NCBI GenBank assembly: GCA_026026165.1
Contig: JAPEUD010000006.1
Coordinates: 372,001-436,000, forward strand
Length of the DNA: 64,000 nucleotides
Source: Sarea resinae
Taxonomy: Eukaryota
Reading direction: 5' to 3'
In this document: in pieces, positions 48,103 through 60,863 of the stretch
How the letters are laid out: the number at the start of each line of letters is the position of its first letter
Numbering within the stretch: the stretch's first letter is position 1
Made by a program: the position numbers and the translations under genes
The notes under the pieces: model-generated
Told to the model about the DNA's origin: nothing
What the model saw: only the letters and a program-made list of their open reading frames with translations
Databases searched by the model: none

Positions 48103-49954
48103 ATGACGGGCTTCACCAAGGCCAGGGCTCTTGGCAGCCGCCTCCTACGCAAACAAGCTTCGAGGATGCCGGCCCCGGCCACTCGGCAGCTTCAGATCGA
48201 GTGTCGAGGTAAGTCGAGGCTCAACGACCAGAGGCATGCAGCACAGAGACGTGCTCACACTGTGCTAGGGAGACCGGTGTCCGAGGAGCATGTCTTTCGT
48301 TACACCAATGGCCGCTTTCTCGTCGACGAGGCGAACCAAACCGCGAAACGCTTCGTGAGGTTCGACCTGGACAGGCTCTGTGAGGTGGTCTCGTCGGCGG
48401 CCGGATCCCCCAAATCACCAGTTCGCAAGATCGACAAGGTAGAAGGCGGCTTCAGCAAAGCACTGCTGATGACGATGGGGAACGGATCCGAGCTGGTCGC
48501 GAAGATTCCTTGCCCAAACGCTGGGAGACCAAAGTATGCCACGGCATCTGAGGTGGCCGTGTTGGATTATAGTACTGATTTTCGACGACGTGTGCAAAGG
48601 CTGATGCTGATTGAAATCTGATCGCCACAGTTAGAGCTCGGACGACGATCCCCGTCCCCAAAGTCCTGGCCTGGAATTGCGATGCATCCAACCCTGTTGG
48701 CGCCGAGTACATAGTCATGGAAAAAGTCTACGGGGTACAAATATTCAAAAAGTGGGATGAAATGGGCGAAAGCAAACGCATCGCTCTCATCAAGCGCCTC
48801 ACCCAGTGGGAAAGTGAGCTCGCCGCAATCAAGTTTCCTGCTTACGGCAGCCTGTATTATAAGTCCTCCCTCGAAGAAGCGGAAGGGGTCCCGTTGGATT
48901 CTGTCATAGACCCGCAAAGTGAATTCTGCGTGGGTCCAGCTTGTGACCCCTCCTGGCTTATCTGCGCCGGTCAAAAGCCTTTGTCGGACATTGACTGTGG
49001 TCCTTGTATGTCTCTCTGCTCTCCCAATACTCTCTAGAACTTAACTATCTTCTTGCACCAGGGATAACTCTTTCGGATCTGGGCAAATCGCTCACACGTC
49101 GCTCTATTCGGCGAGCTCATCAACGTAATGACAAGCTGCCCTCGCACTTCCTGCATGGTGCTATAGAGGAGACCTTGTCTCTTCTTGAGAAGACAGAACG
49201 AGCGATGCCTACAATTGCCACCAATTCTAAGCTCTTGGAGAATTCCCAACCGGTCATTTGGCACAATGATCTCCACATGGGCAATATATTTGTCTCCGAG
49301 GATGATCCGGGAGCTGTGACAGGCTTCATTGATTGGCAAAATACATCGGTCGGGCCCTTTTATCTACAAGCCCGGTGGCCGGTCTTTTTGGATCCTCCTC
49401 ACGATTACCAAGAAGGCCAAGTCATGCCTGGCCTCCCCGAGGACTTTGAGCAGATGGATGATGAAGCGAAAGAGCTCGCCCTGTACAATAAGGCCAAAGC
49501 TACATGGACGAAGGCCTACGAAGTGGCAAATTTCCTGAATGACAGGAAGTCGTGGCGAGCTATGCAGGTTCCCGTAGCGCTCAAAGAGCTCTTCCGCCGT
49601 TGCGGAGAGACGAGTGATGAAGGTGTAGTCCCCCTACGAGCGACACTGATCGAAATCTTTCTTAGTCAGGGGGACTTTGGATTTCCACCTGGAGTTCTTC
49701 CTCTCTTCTTCACCCCAGAGCAAATTGCCTCACATGAACAGGAATGGAAAGAGTACGAAGAACGGCAGGAGATGCGGAAGATCGCGAAAGAACTGCTTGA
49801 CACCGACGACGAGGGTTGGATTGATCCGGGGCGTGACTTCGAAGAGATGAAGTCGCGCAACGAGACGCTTCTAAATTATTACATCTCCAAGATAGCCTCA
49901 AGTAAGTCATCTGAGGAAGTCAAGAAGATGTGGCCTTTTTTCGAAGAGGCATAG
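48103..49954 (+). CDS. APH/choline-kinase-like phosphotransferase (AIM9-like), probably mitochondrial; 3 exons
   Basis: Motifs FRYTNGRFLVDE, EGGFSKALLM, ASEVAVL, PVPKVLAW, GAEYIVMEK, WHNDLHMGNIFV and IDWQ; Arg-rich N-terminus. Confidence 0.85.
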
Positions 49955-50797
49955 ACATTTTCTAGAACTAGTCTTCTTCATCGTGATGAACAGAAGATCT
50001 CGGCCCATGATCATGGCGTTAAGAGGTGGCGCTCCTTTTCAATGTTTTCCTTTGCATATGATCGAAAAACCAATGACCTTAAGAGCAAGTACTCCCAAAT
50101 CAGTCTTTTAAGACAGCCAAGGCCCAAGTCTCTCGGTAGAATTCATGAAGGGGAAGGCTTGTAGGTATAGAATCTAGTGATCTCTCTTTGAAGTTTGATA
50201 ATAGCTTTAGGAGTGAGAGAGGGTTACAGTATTGTGTTAGACATATTATTGCAAGGGCCCGGCGTTCCCCGTGAGGGGGACCGAAGGCATGACGGATCAT
50301 GAATGGAGCGTTATTGACGGTCTATCGTTGTCGAGGTGAAACGCATCTCCAGCTCGCTAAGATCGATGAGAAACCGCCCTGAAGTCCCTTGGTCCCGTTA
50401 CGATACTCGTCACTCGTGACCTCACCTCGAACGGCCTCTTAGCAATGCCGCCGTGCAAGGTAAGGTAAGGTAGCTTCCGTCTGTATTCACGTAGAACACT
50501 CCACGATACTTGCCTCAATGGTGGGCGTCAATTGATATGGTAGGAAATGTGTGTGTGAGTGAGAGAGCATTCCCTCCCGTCTACTCTGACTCGACGTGAC
50601 CAGGACACTTTCGTCGACTTTCATCATGACGAGGCAAAGGAGTGGGACCCCGGGTACGAAGACACCGGCTCTCTCCTTATCCTTATCAGTGCCCCTCCAT
50701 CCTCGTCGATAGCCCGCCAACACAACATCAAAGATCGCTCTCTCGTCCTCTTTCCCTTCCTGCTACTGACTCCTCCACTGCCCATGACCATCTCATC

Positions 50798-52817
50798 ATG
50801 GCGCATGCTCCTGGCCTTTCGGCATTGACGGCCATTGCCCTCGTCATCGCCCTCATCTACCGCTTTCTCATCTATCCCTTCTTCCTCTCCCCGCTGGCAA
50901 AGATCCCAAACGCACATCCAACCTCTCCATTATCGCCACTGTGGATCCTCTGGACTCGCTACCAATGCCGAGAAAATCGCACCGTCAATGCTGCGCACGA
51001 GAAGTATGGCCCGATCGTGAGACTCGCGCCCAATGAGATCAGCGTCAATTCGGTCGAGGGCGGCATCCGCACCGTCTATAGTGGAGGCTACGACAAGCAT
51101 GAGTGGTACTCCAATCTTTTCGACAACTACGGGTACGCTCCGTGATCTCAATTGCAGTAGACACCACCAGTAATGGAAACTTGTAGTGTTCCGAACATGT
51201 TTTCCACTATCCACAGCAAGCCCCATTCGGCCCGCAAACGCATGATCTCGAACATTTATGCCAAATCACAGTTGCAATCTTCGCCTCAGCTTGCTGCCAT
51301 TTCCAGGACCATCATCTACGACCGACTCCTCGCAAAAGTTCAGGAGGCTGCCGATGCCTCCCAGCCGCTGGATGCTCTTGACTTGCACTATGCCGTCACC
51401 ATGGACTTTGTGACGGCGTATCTCTTTGGTCGTGGAATCGGTTCAAACTTCGTGCAAGACGATGCTAAAAGAAATCATTGGATGGCGCTGTATCACAGCC
51501 GCAAGGCCCATACGTTCTTCCCACAGGAGCTCCCACGGCTGACGGCGTGGCTTGCTGCTGTGGGAATCCGACTCGTGCCGACATGGGTTGACGATGCAAA
51601 CCGCCAGATTGAGGATTGGTGTTTAGAGATGTGTGATGCGAGTGAAAGACTGCTATCGACGTCTGACTTCAGCACAGAGAAAGATATCGCTGATAAACCA
51701 GTCGTGTATGGGCAGCTGAAGAGTGCCATGGAGAAGCAGAGGGAGAAGAGCAATGGCGACTTCGTAGGCATGACCTCAAGTCAGCGGTTAGATATAGCCA
51801 GTGATTTACTAGATCAACTTGGTAGGTCTTCTATGCTGGTTCTATGGTGCATCCCAAACTTCATGTCATCCAGAGCAGCGGCAAATCCCCAAAGTCCCAT
51901 AGTGTCGAAGCCCCCCTAGGGTTCCATGGTCATCTCTGAACATCATCACAAACACGAATATAGCTAACACATCAAAGCCGCTGGTCACGAAACCTCCGGC
52001 GTGACACTCACATACCTAGTCTGGGAGCTCTCACGGCGTCCTGAGACTCAAGCGGCCCTCCGCGCCGAACTTCTCACACTCTCTCCACCGATCCTTTACA
52101 AATCAGAGATCCCAAGATCCTCCGCATCGCTGCCACCCAGCAAGGAGATCGACGCCCTCCCACTCCTTCACGCAGTCCTGATGGAAACCCTACGGCTTCA
52201 CGCCGCCATCCCGGGCGGGCAGCCCCGCATTACCCCACCTAATGCTACACTGGGACCGTACTCCAATATCCCTGCTGGCGTACGCGTGAATGCGCAAGCA
52301 TACTCGTTGCATCGGAACGAGGATGCGTTTCCTTGTGCGCAGGAATGGCGGCCCGAGAGGTGGATGATCGATACTCTCGACACGGATGAGGAACAGCTGC
52401 TCAGAGAAAAGGGTGGAGAGAAGAAGGAACGCTGGTTCTGGGCCTTTGGGTCCGGAGGAAGGATGTGTGTGGGAAGTAATCTCGCCATACAAGGTACCTA
52501 TTTTGTGGCTTCCTTTCATTCGCTGTACTATCAATCATTCACTTTCTTCATCTTTCTGTCTTGTAACTATATCCGTTCTTTTCACCTGTCGGCCTCTCTT
52601 CCCTCTCTTCCCTCATCGCATCATATCCTGCAAGCTTCTTGGCTGAAATCTTGAATGCTCATGGCTCACTACGACTATAGAGATGAAACTCATCGTCGCC
52701 TCCATCTACTCAAACTTCACCACCACCATCTCTGACGACTCCGGCATCGAGCAAGCCGACGCCTACACCGCCGGACCTGTCGGAGGGAAACTCATGATCA
52801 AATACGAACGTGCTTGA
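50798..52817 (+). CDS. Cytochrome P450 monooxygenase (4 exons)
   Basis: N-terminal TM helix, KYGPIVRLAPNEIS, I-helix AGHETS, ETLR, PERW and heme motif FGSGGRMCVG. The last exon ends at TGA 52817. Confidence 0.93.
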
Positions 52818-53621
52818 AACTTTTCTTGGGTGCTCTCCCTGGCTGTTCTCTTCCAAGTCCCTCACAACATTATCCCAATCGAAATAAGCATTAACACTAT
52901 ATTTTTTTCTGTTTAAAGCAATCCTCTAGCCGTGGGCTAGATTTGTGTCAAAATACAGTATGTAGCCCATCAAATATTCGGCCCTAAGGGGGCGGGCGCT
53001 CCCTTTTAGTATTTAACTTTTCGAGGTTAGAGCTGTATATGTTCTCTCAGAAATCATCATCAGAGCATTCCCATGCCCATGATATCCGTACTACACAGCG
53101 GAGGGTTACGATGCCATCCAATTACTCCAAAGAGCTTCTGAAGGATGGTTGTGATGAATAAACTGCTTATAATGTTATCGAGTCATAGCTGTCTCTAACA
53201 CTCTCGTAGGCTCCTTAACAGGTAGTCTCTTATAGTCATTTTAGTCATTAGCTAAAGACCGTGTATAGCTAGAGAAACCCCACACCTGGAATTTCGTGAC
53301 GCGAAGAGAGGATAAAACTAGGAGGAATTCAGGGGGCCTTTTCTACCTGAGACTTGCAATGCATCATGAGCTTTCACTGCCATGCGAGAAAGGCCTCCGG
53401 AATTAGGAATGAATGGATGGATGTTTGCATGGCCCTTTGCCAGAGATAGAGAGATTAGATTACTAGATTAGATTGCGTGATCATATGACCTCGCGTTTCT
53501 CGCCGCGTCACGAATCACGATGACAAGACAATCACGATGCTAATGATAATTCCATCTCTATCAGTCATGTAAAGGACTGTAGTGATTTCTGTGATCTTCG
53601 TCCGCGTCTCTCGAAGATGAC

Positions 53622-55236
53622 ATGAAAACCCCGTCTCCCCCCTCTCCCCTCACTCCATCTGGTAGCTGTCAGATATACCCCGCCTACTGCTGGTCCTCCT
53701 CCCCCACCTACAATACATGGGCGCGTGTCTCGATCGCTGATGTTCACGCCCTGCGTGCCGAGCTGGCATATGAAGGTGGGAGGCAACATTCCCTGCTTCA
53801 GTTGACACGTCGAGAGGAGATCGGAACTATATGCTAATGCGCCTGACATTGGAACGCCAGGCCAGAAGGTTTTCTTCTACTTGAACCACCCGATCAAAAA
53901 TGTGTGCTTGGTCGGCGTCATCATCGCATTGGAGGCCTACGAATTACGAACAATCATCACCCTCGACGACAGCTCGGGCATGACCATCGACATGATATGC
54001 CCGACCATTGCGCCTAGGAACATAGCCTCGACGGCGCACGACTCGACTACGAACGCGACCGGCCCCGCACGCCATGCTGCCGGGGCTATCGATCGCGTGA
54101 AAGAAACCCAGGCGGCCAACAGCGGCCATGCAGGCGGCGAGGATGCGTGCAGGGACCTCACGGGCTACGACATCGGCAGCGTCATCGAAGTTACCGGAAC
54201 ACTTTCGTGCTTCCGCGGCACGCGCCAACTGGATCCCAGGCGGATCTGTAAGTAACCAAAAGCTTCGTATCTCTACTTAAAGTAGGTAGACTAACAGGGC
54301 CCCGTCTTGTCCACAGCTCTCCTGCGCAGCACCTCGGACGAAGTTAAAGCTTGGGCCGAAACATGCCGATTTCATGCCTCGGTCCTCTCGAAGCCGTGGT
54401 TCTTGACCGAGGCCGCGCAAGCCCGTCTCCTCGACGAGGCGAATGGGGCTTTGCTTCGAGAGCGCGAAGACGAACGGCGTGTGGCTGAGCGACGGAGGAA
54501 GAGAGAGGAGAAGACGCAAAGGAAAAGGGACAGAGGAAAGCGGGATAAGCGAGAGGAGGTGCTGGGTAAGCGGCGACGGGAACCGGAGCGGGAAGATCGC
54601 GGCCGTGAAGTTTCGCCCCAGCGCAAACGGGATAAGGAGAGGAAGATGGAAAGAGAGAGAGAGGAAGAAGAGAGAGAGAGAGAAAAAGAGAAAGAGGAGA
54701 AAGAGAAGATGGTAAAGGCCAGGGAGAGGAGAAGGCTGAGGGAGCGCGAGGTGCTAGCGAAGCGACGACGAGAAATGGAGGCCAGAGCCCGGAAAACCGC
54801 TCCACTTCCGCACAGCGCTCCGGAGGAAGAAGAGAAGGAAGAAAAGGGGAAAAGGGGGGAAACGGAAGACAAAGACGACCAAGAGGGAAAAAGTGCACAA
54901 GAAGGAGAAGAACGAACAAAAAGAGCACACCGCCCCGAACAGACACCAGAGGAGAAACGCCCACGAAGACAAAAGCGCAAACGCCGGAAACAGGGCCCTT
55001 GTCAAGCAGCAAATACGGAACCAGAAATAGTGCCGGAGCCAGAAGAAGCCCCATCCCCTCCCCGCCGAACATATCCGTTACCCCGTCAACCTCGTCGACC
55101 ACTGTCCCGCCACCATGACCATGACCCGTGGGAGGCGCGGCAGGTATCTCGTACGTCTCGTAGGGCGCTGCCTCTGCCTAGTATTGGTCGTAGAAGCGGG
55201 GCTCAGGAGGACATGTTTGATGCCCTGGGGCTCTGA
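53622..55236 (+). CDS. STN1: CST complex OB-fold subunit Stn1 with a long charged C-terminal tail (3 exons)
   Basis: IYPAYCWSSSPTYNTW, FFYLNHPIKNVCLVGVI, TLDDSSGMTID, IGSVIEVTG and STSDEVKAW...VLSKPWFLT match the fungal Stn1 OB-fold pattern as I recall it. Confidence 0.78.
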
Positions 55237-55238
55237 CA

Positions 55239-55278
<40 letters not shown>

Positions 55279-56084
55279 GACAGAAACGGAGAAACGCGCG
55301 GGATGTGAAATTGGAAAGCGGGACAGCGAAAAGAGGGGACTTTTCGTCGTGGGGAAGATGTTTAAAAGGAGTACAGTACTACTACTGATTGATATAGCTA
55401 GATGAATATATATATATACTATGCTACACTACACCACTGTCCACTCGACCAACTATCTCTATCATAATCCGCCCCGCCCAAGAGATTAAGCTGCTCAAGT
55501 ATCCAACAGACCATTGATACTCGGCATCTGGAAATAGTACAGTAGCTCAAATAGATATTAGATATTAGATATAGATATAGAGGGCGAGGGACGGAGGGAC
55601 GGAGGTAATGGATGTATGTATGTATGTATGCATGGATGGATGTCTGTATATATATCCGTACGTATCCGTACGTACGACGAAGCAGAGTACATACCCTATA
55701 TATAGAGAGAGAGAGATAGAGAGAGAGTATAGAGAGAAGGGCGGGGTTGGGGGGGGGGGGGAGAGGATGGAAAGGGGTGGAAGTTCAAGTAGAAGTGAAA
55801 GTGGAAATAGGAGTAGAAGTGAGAGTGCAAGTGCGTCGATTTCTAGATTTCTACATCTCTTAGTAGGTGCTAGATTGACAGGATGTCGGATGAATCGGTT
55901 TTGGTTTTGCTTTCTTTTCAGCTTCCCTTTTCTTGTCTTTTCTTTTCTTTTCTTCCCCTTTCTCTTCTTTTCTTTTCTTCCCTTTTCTCTTCTTTTCTTC
56001 TCTTTTCTCTTCTTCACGTTTCCTTGGCCGCAATCGTGATGGTGATGGTCATGGTGATGGACACCCAGAGCAGATTGGTATCCC

Positions 56085-57441
56085 TCAATCCTTACCGGCC
56101 AGCATACCCTGGCCCCACTTCTCGATGCCATCATCATCGTTGTCGTCCTCGTCGGCGTGATGGCTATTCACGTTCTTGCCACCACTGCCGCCGCCACTGC
56201 CACTGCTGCTGCCACTGCCGCCGACCTCGGCCTCCAACCCCACGGCCTGCAGGATGGCCCATCGCAGATTCGGGACGCCGAGTTTCTCGCCACCGCCGGG
56301 CCCGCCCACCTCGGCGCTGACGCCTAGGATCTCGCCCAGGGCGCCGGGCGGGCCGTGAGTGCCTTGCGACTTTTTCGCACCACCACCACCACCACTGCTG
56401 CTGCTGCTGCTGCTGCTGCTGCCGCCGCCGCCACCGCTACCGCCAACGGGTTGCACGACCGGCCGCAAGTCGGCGAACAGCGCCTGCAGGCGCGCGAGGT
56501 TGGCCGTCCAGCGCTGCTGCGACGGCGGCGTCGTCTTCGAGGACGACGACTTGTTGTAGAGCACCTTGTCGATCTTCGAGAGGACCAGTTGGTGCGGGAT
56601 CGAGTTGTGCTGGAGGAGGTGCAGGAGGGAGAGGTCGGTGGGTTTGAGGCCGTGGGTGGGATCGCTGAGGAGGAAGACGCGGCGGAGTCTGTGGGGAAGA
56701 GGGTGTAAGCTCTGGCTTTCTCTTGTTCTTTTACTTGGTTTGGTCGGTAGGAGGAGGAGGTAGGGACATGTTGTTGTTGATGAAGCCGAGTACCCAAGAG
56801 GTCGGTATCTTGGGCATTTAAGGCGAAAACCCAGGGGAAAGAAAAACATACTGTTTCCTGCCGAGCAGATACTTGACAATCTCCCTGCCCCACTCCTCGC
56901 GGCTGCCGCGGCCATAGCCCGGCATATCCAGCACTACGATGCGGCCGCCCGCGACGCTGAAGGCGTTCATGCACCGCGTGCGGCCGGGCTTGCTGGACGT
57001 GTAGGCCAGCCCCTTGCGCCCCAGGAGCGCGTTCAGCAGCGAGGATTTGCCGACGTTGGACCGGCCCAGAAAGGCCACCTCGGGCGCGGATGTCGTCAGC
57101 GGCGTGCGCAGGAACGTCGAGCTCGAGAAGAGGTGCGAGGGGGCTTGCTGCTGGAAGAAGCGCGTGGCGCGTTTTAGCTGCGCCGGTGAGGGCGGGGTGG
57201 TGTCCCAGTGGTGGGAGAGCGCGGTGGGGGGCAGCTGCAGGTAGGCGCGCGGGAGGGGCGCGGTGTGTTTCTGGGTTCGTGAAGTGGTGGTGGTGGAAGA
57301 AGAACTTGGTGGAGCCGGGGCTGGGTTGCCCGTGGTGTTGGTTCTAACGGTCGTGGAGGCGCTGGTCGCGAGACGACGGGCGCAGGTCTTGCAAATAAAG
57401 CGTGCTGGCCCTGGACTGGGAGGCAGTAGTTGCGGTGCCAT
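56085..57441 (-). CDS. EngB/YihA-family GTPase (Mrx8-like), probably mitochondrial; intron 56851-56689
   Basis: G1 GRSNVGKSS, G2 SKPGRT, G3 DMPGYG, G4 SKID. Start assigned to ATG 57441 (MAPQ...). Confidence 0.88.
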
Positions 57442-57738
57442 TGTGTCCTCAATCTGGTGGTGGTGGTCGTCCTCTGGAGATGATTGTTTGGGAGCTGCTG
57501 CTGTAGAAATGAACGTCAAGCTGCGCTCGTTGGCTCGTTGGCTCACTCTCCGGCAGAAAACTAAATGTACGGTTCACAAAGTGGTCCGTGCATATCCTGT
57601 CCCCGTCGGCTTTTCGGCCATCACCATCATCATCATCAATAATCAACTCGACGTAAACCTTCGAATCCTCACTGCAGCACTCTCTCCAACCCTGTCCCCA
57701 CGAATCCCTCGAACCCATTCGAACCCGCCGCACACAAC

Positions 57739-58089
57739 ATGTCCACACACGCACCCCGGCTGCGGTCCCTTTACCGCGCCATCCTGCGCGAGCTGCCGCC
57801 GCCGCAACAGAGCTCCATGGAATCATTCCGGCGCTCGCCCCTGCACCACCGCATCCGGAACGCCTTCTCAGCAGCCCAGACAGCGCCAGCATCCGGCTCC
57901 GATGAGGAGAAGAAGATACGCACCAAGGTCGAGGAGGCGGAGCAGTTCTTAAAGTACGCCCGCGCGCAGCGCATGTACGCCACGTTGCTCGAACGGTATA
58001 ATCCCGGCATGGGCATGGATGAGGAGGAAAGGGTTCGGCTGTCGGCGAGGAGGGTGGGCATGAATTTGCCCATCGAGCATCAGAAATGA
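57739..58089 (+). CDS. FMC1: Mitochondrial F1-ATPase assembly factor Fmc1 (LYR family)
   Basis: LRSLYRAILRELP...EQFLKYARAQRMYATLLERYNPG...RVRLSARRVG; divergent from the GTPase gene. Confidence 0.88.
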   Translation: MSTHAPRLRSLYRAILRELPPPQQSSMESFRRSPLHHRIRNAFSAAQTAPASGSDEEKKIRTKVEEAEQFLKYARAQRMYATLLERYNPGMGMDEEERVRLSARRVGMNLPIEHQK

Positions 58090-58437
58090 AGGGGCTTGGT
58101 CTTTTGGTCAACGGACGCGGGGCGTGAAGATGAGACATCTGTACGATGGGGAGATTTTCTGGGTCCATGGGTGCATGGGAGGCGTACGACGGCTTTCTTT
58201 CAGCAGCCGGGAGGGGTTTACCTCGTAAGTCCTGAGCAGTCTCTTCTTTCCACAGCTGATTGACCAGCGTCGACAGGATTCAGCTAGCATGTTTGATTAC
58301 ACCTATGATTCAATGTACATTGGCCATGCTCTCTCATTGCGGCAACATATTACAAGCTATCGGGAGACTGCTAGACGTTCACTTCTGAACATCGTCGTAT
58401 ACTTTAAAGCTGACTTGAGATGATCGGGATAATTGTA

Positions 58438-59541
58438 TCAGAGCTTGGGAATGAACATGGGCGTGGTCTTCTTCCATTCCTGATAATCCTTTCGATCTCC
58501 ATACCTCTTGTCGTACTTTGTCTCGCTCATAGGAACGCCCGATACCTGGACGAGGGCACGAGGCATTAGCGATGAGAGATACTGTGCAGCGGTACAGCAT
58601 CACATACCTTGAGGAGCAAGAATGTCACAAACGCTGGGCTGATACCCGCCATGCCCAACGCCAGCAATCGGCCTGAGAGTGACCCGGTAAGGCCCATACC
58701 CACTTGACCGACATTACTCATCAACACACCACCGGCCAGGGTAGCAATACCCGTCCACAAGGTGCTCTCTCCAAAGTAATTGGGATGACGACTCTTGCTC
58801 CAGAGGCCTCGCGTGAGGAAGTCCTCATCGTGCTTCTTCTCCCTCTTCTCTGTCATCCAATTGTTCTTCTGTCTATCGGCCGTCACCTCGAAGCTTATTC
58901 CGCCAATGTAAAGGGCAAGACCCAAGACGTCAGTCAGAGCAATTGCAGGCAAACTGGCTAGAGCAGCAGCAGGAATTGAATTGACGGCTAGAACGGGAAG
59001 CAGACATAGTGAAACCCAAGTCGCTTGCGCCATGAAAGCACCGGCAAATTTAGGGGCCGAGTCTCGAATGGAATCGAAACGGGAGTCCGTTCCTTCGGCA
59101 GAGATTCGTTGGAAGAGATAGCTGCCCACTGGTTTGACGGATTAGCGAAACGTTGCAGCGACCGATCTGATACAAAGGCTTACATCTAGTCGCCCAGATA
59201 GAGACAGCCGCGCTCAGGACAATCTGCCTCCAGTTGAAAGCTCCTCCAGCGGCAGCCTTGCCAGTCAAGGTGGCCAGAAGACTGGGCCATGCCGGCTTCG
59301 TAGCACCAATGGCGGCGGCTGCAGCACGAGCCCGTAGAGCGGGAAGATAGAGACTCAGCGCGGTGCAAGAGAGATAGGTCAGCGAGCCCGAGAGATCGTA
59401 GAACTGCTCGGAGTGAGTGAGGATGGAAGGGATAGCGACGGCAGCTTGGAGGGTATAGGCGAGGGAGATGGAGGGGATCAGGGTGCGAAGGAACGGATTG
59501 CTGAAGTTGGTCAGACCCAAGAGAGCATTGAGGACAGCCAT
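58438..59541 (-). CDS. DUF1295 / steroid 5-alpha-reductase-like membrane protein (3 exons)
   Basis: Motifs SEQFYDLSGSLTY, DSRFDSIR, EVTADRQK and GLWSKSRHPNYFGE. Final exon VSGVPMSETKYDKRYGDRKDYQEWKKTTPMFIPKL* ends at 58438. Confidence 0.88.
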
Positions 59542-60349
59542 GATCCGGATGGGATTATCAACATGAAATCAGAGCTGGATAGACGACAGCTTATATATCT
59601 TTCAAGGTGATCAGGTCTCAAGTGAGGTCAATTGGTCGTCAATCAATCAATCCACGGTATTTTTGATGTGATCTGGGGCATTTGCACGGTGCCCTTCATG
59701 GATGACGACACGATACTCCTACGCTGTACTGCCCTCACTTGGCCTGCTTACCTCCACTCGGGCTCTTACCTGCACTTGGCTGCCCTGTCGACCGCCAGTG
59801 TTCTCTGTTCTCAATTCACAATGCAACCGGGCGGAACGAGCGACATGGAAGGGGGTGGAGATGTGATATTGGATCTATGGGACGCCCCGCCTCCAGACAC
59901 ATCAATGGCATCGAGGGATCTTGTCGGCGAAGATGATTAGCTGTATTAGGTAAGCATCGATGCGATCCATCCATCTAGCAGAGATGGAGACCGATCCGGG
60001 GGATCCCATGCTGGGATGCTCCGTACGGGGGGTACTTGGTACTGGATACTCAATCCGAGTACCACGAGTGCGGCACGGCGGTAGGTACTCGATACCTTGG
60101 ATCTCAGCCTAGCTGGAGGGCTACTGGTACATTTTAGCTGATTGCGGATCGTTCCTCGGTACTATGGAGTACTCGTACTCGAAGTACTCGTACTATCTCG
60201 TCCTAGACTCGAGCCCGCTTGCAGTCCCTCAGTCCCTCGGTCGCTTGACTGCGCAGTACCGTAGCTTGACCCTGCGATTCCATTCCATACCTCTATACCG
60301 TAGGCATTGGGTTGACACTTGAGTGACTGCCACAGGCATTGTTCCTCAT

Positions 60350-60440
60350 CCCCATCCTCCTCCTGATCCTCCTGATCCTGATCCTCCTGATCCTCCTGAT
60401 CCTCCTGATCCTGATCCTCCTGATCCTGATCCTCCTCATC
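60350..60440. repeat. Mixed TCCTGA / TCCTCCTGA tandem repeat
   Basis: Read directly; it produces the spurious EDQ/PPD/RRI ORFs. Confidence 0.85.
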
Positions 60441-60863
60441 CTCAAGACCCTCCATGTTATCCTCCTCTTCTGCTGCTTGCCGCATTGCCTCTTGATGTGC
60501 TGATGCCCTGTGCAACGTGAACCGAGTCGAGCATATGTGATGCGATGTGATGCAATGTGATGTGACGGCCAAATCACCCTCGTTTCGGATTCATTACTAT
60601 CTCTTCGATATCTGACCATTGGCCCTTTGGTGGCCGCTTTCCAGGAATTGATCCCCTTCGATTCAACACTCTCGCTCGCTCTATCGTCATCGGCAGAAGC
60701 TCTCGTGCTCTTCTTCAAGGCTCGGCCAGACTCATCTAATTCATCTCTCGTCGATCTTTTCTTGTCGCAGACACTCTCTCATGCTTGACCTCATGACTGG
60801 TCCAGTCGCTGCCTACGATCATCTGGTCTCTCTATCTTACACGGCTTGAGTGTCTGGCGAAAC

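Noticed and set aside
50100..50345. AT-rich patch followed by TGTTAG..., reminiscent of a solo LTR edge
   Set aside because: No matching second terminus, TSD, PBS or PPT found.
48103..52817. P450 next to a phosphotransferase as a possible secondary-metabolite cluster
   Set aside because: No backbone enzyme (PKS, NRPS, terpene synthase), transporter or cluster regulator nearby; neighbours are housekeeping genes.
60162..60718. ORFs with EDQDQ / RRIRI repeats
   Set aside because: Products of the TCCTGA tandem repeat; no other coding signal.
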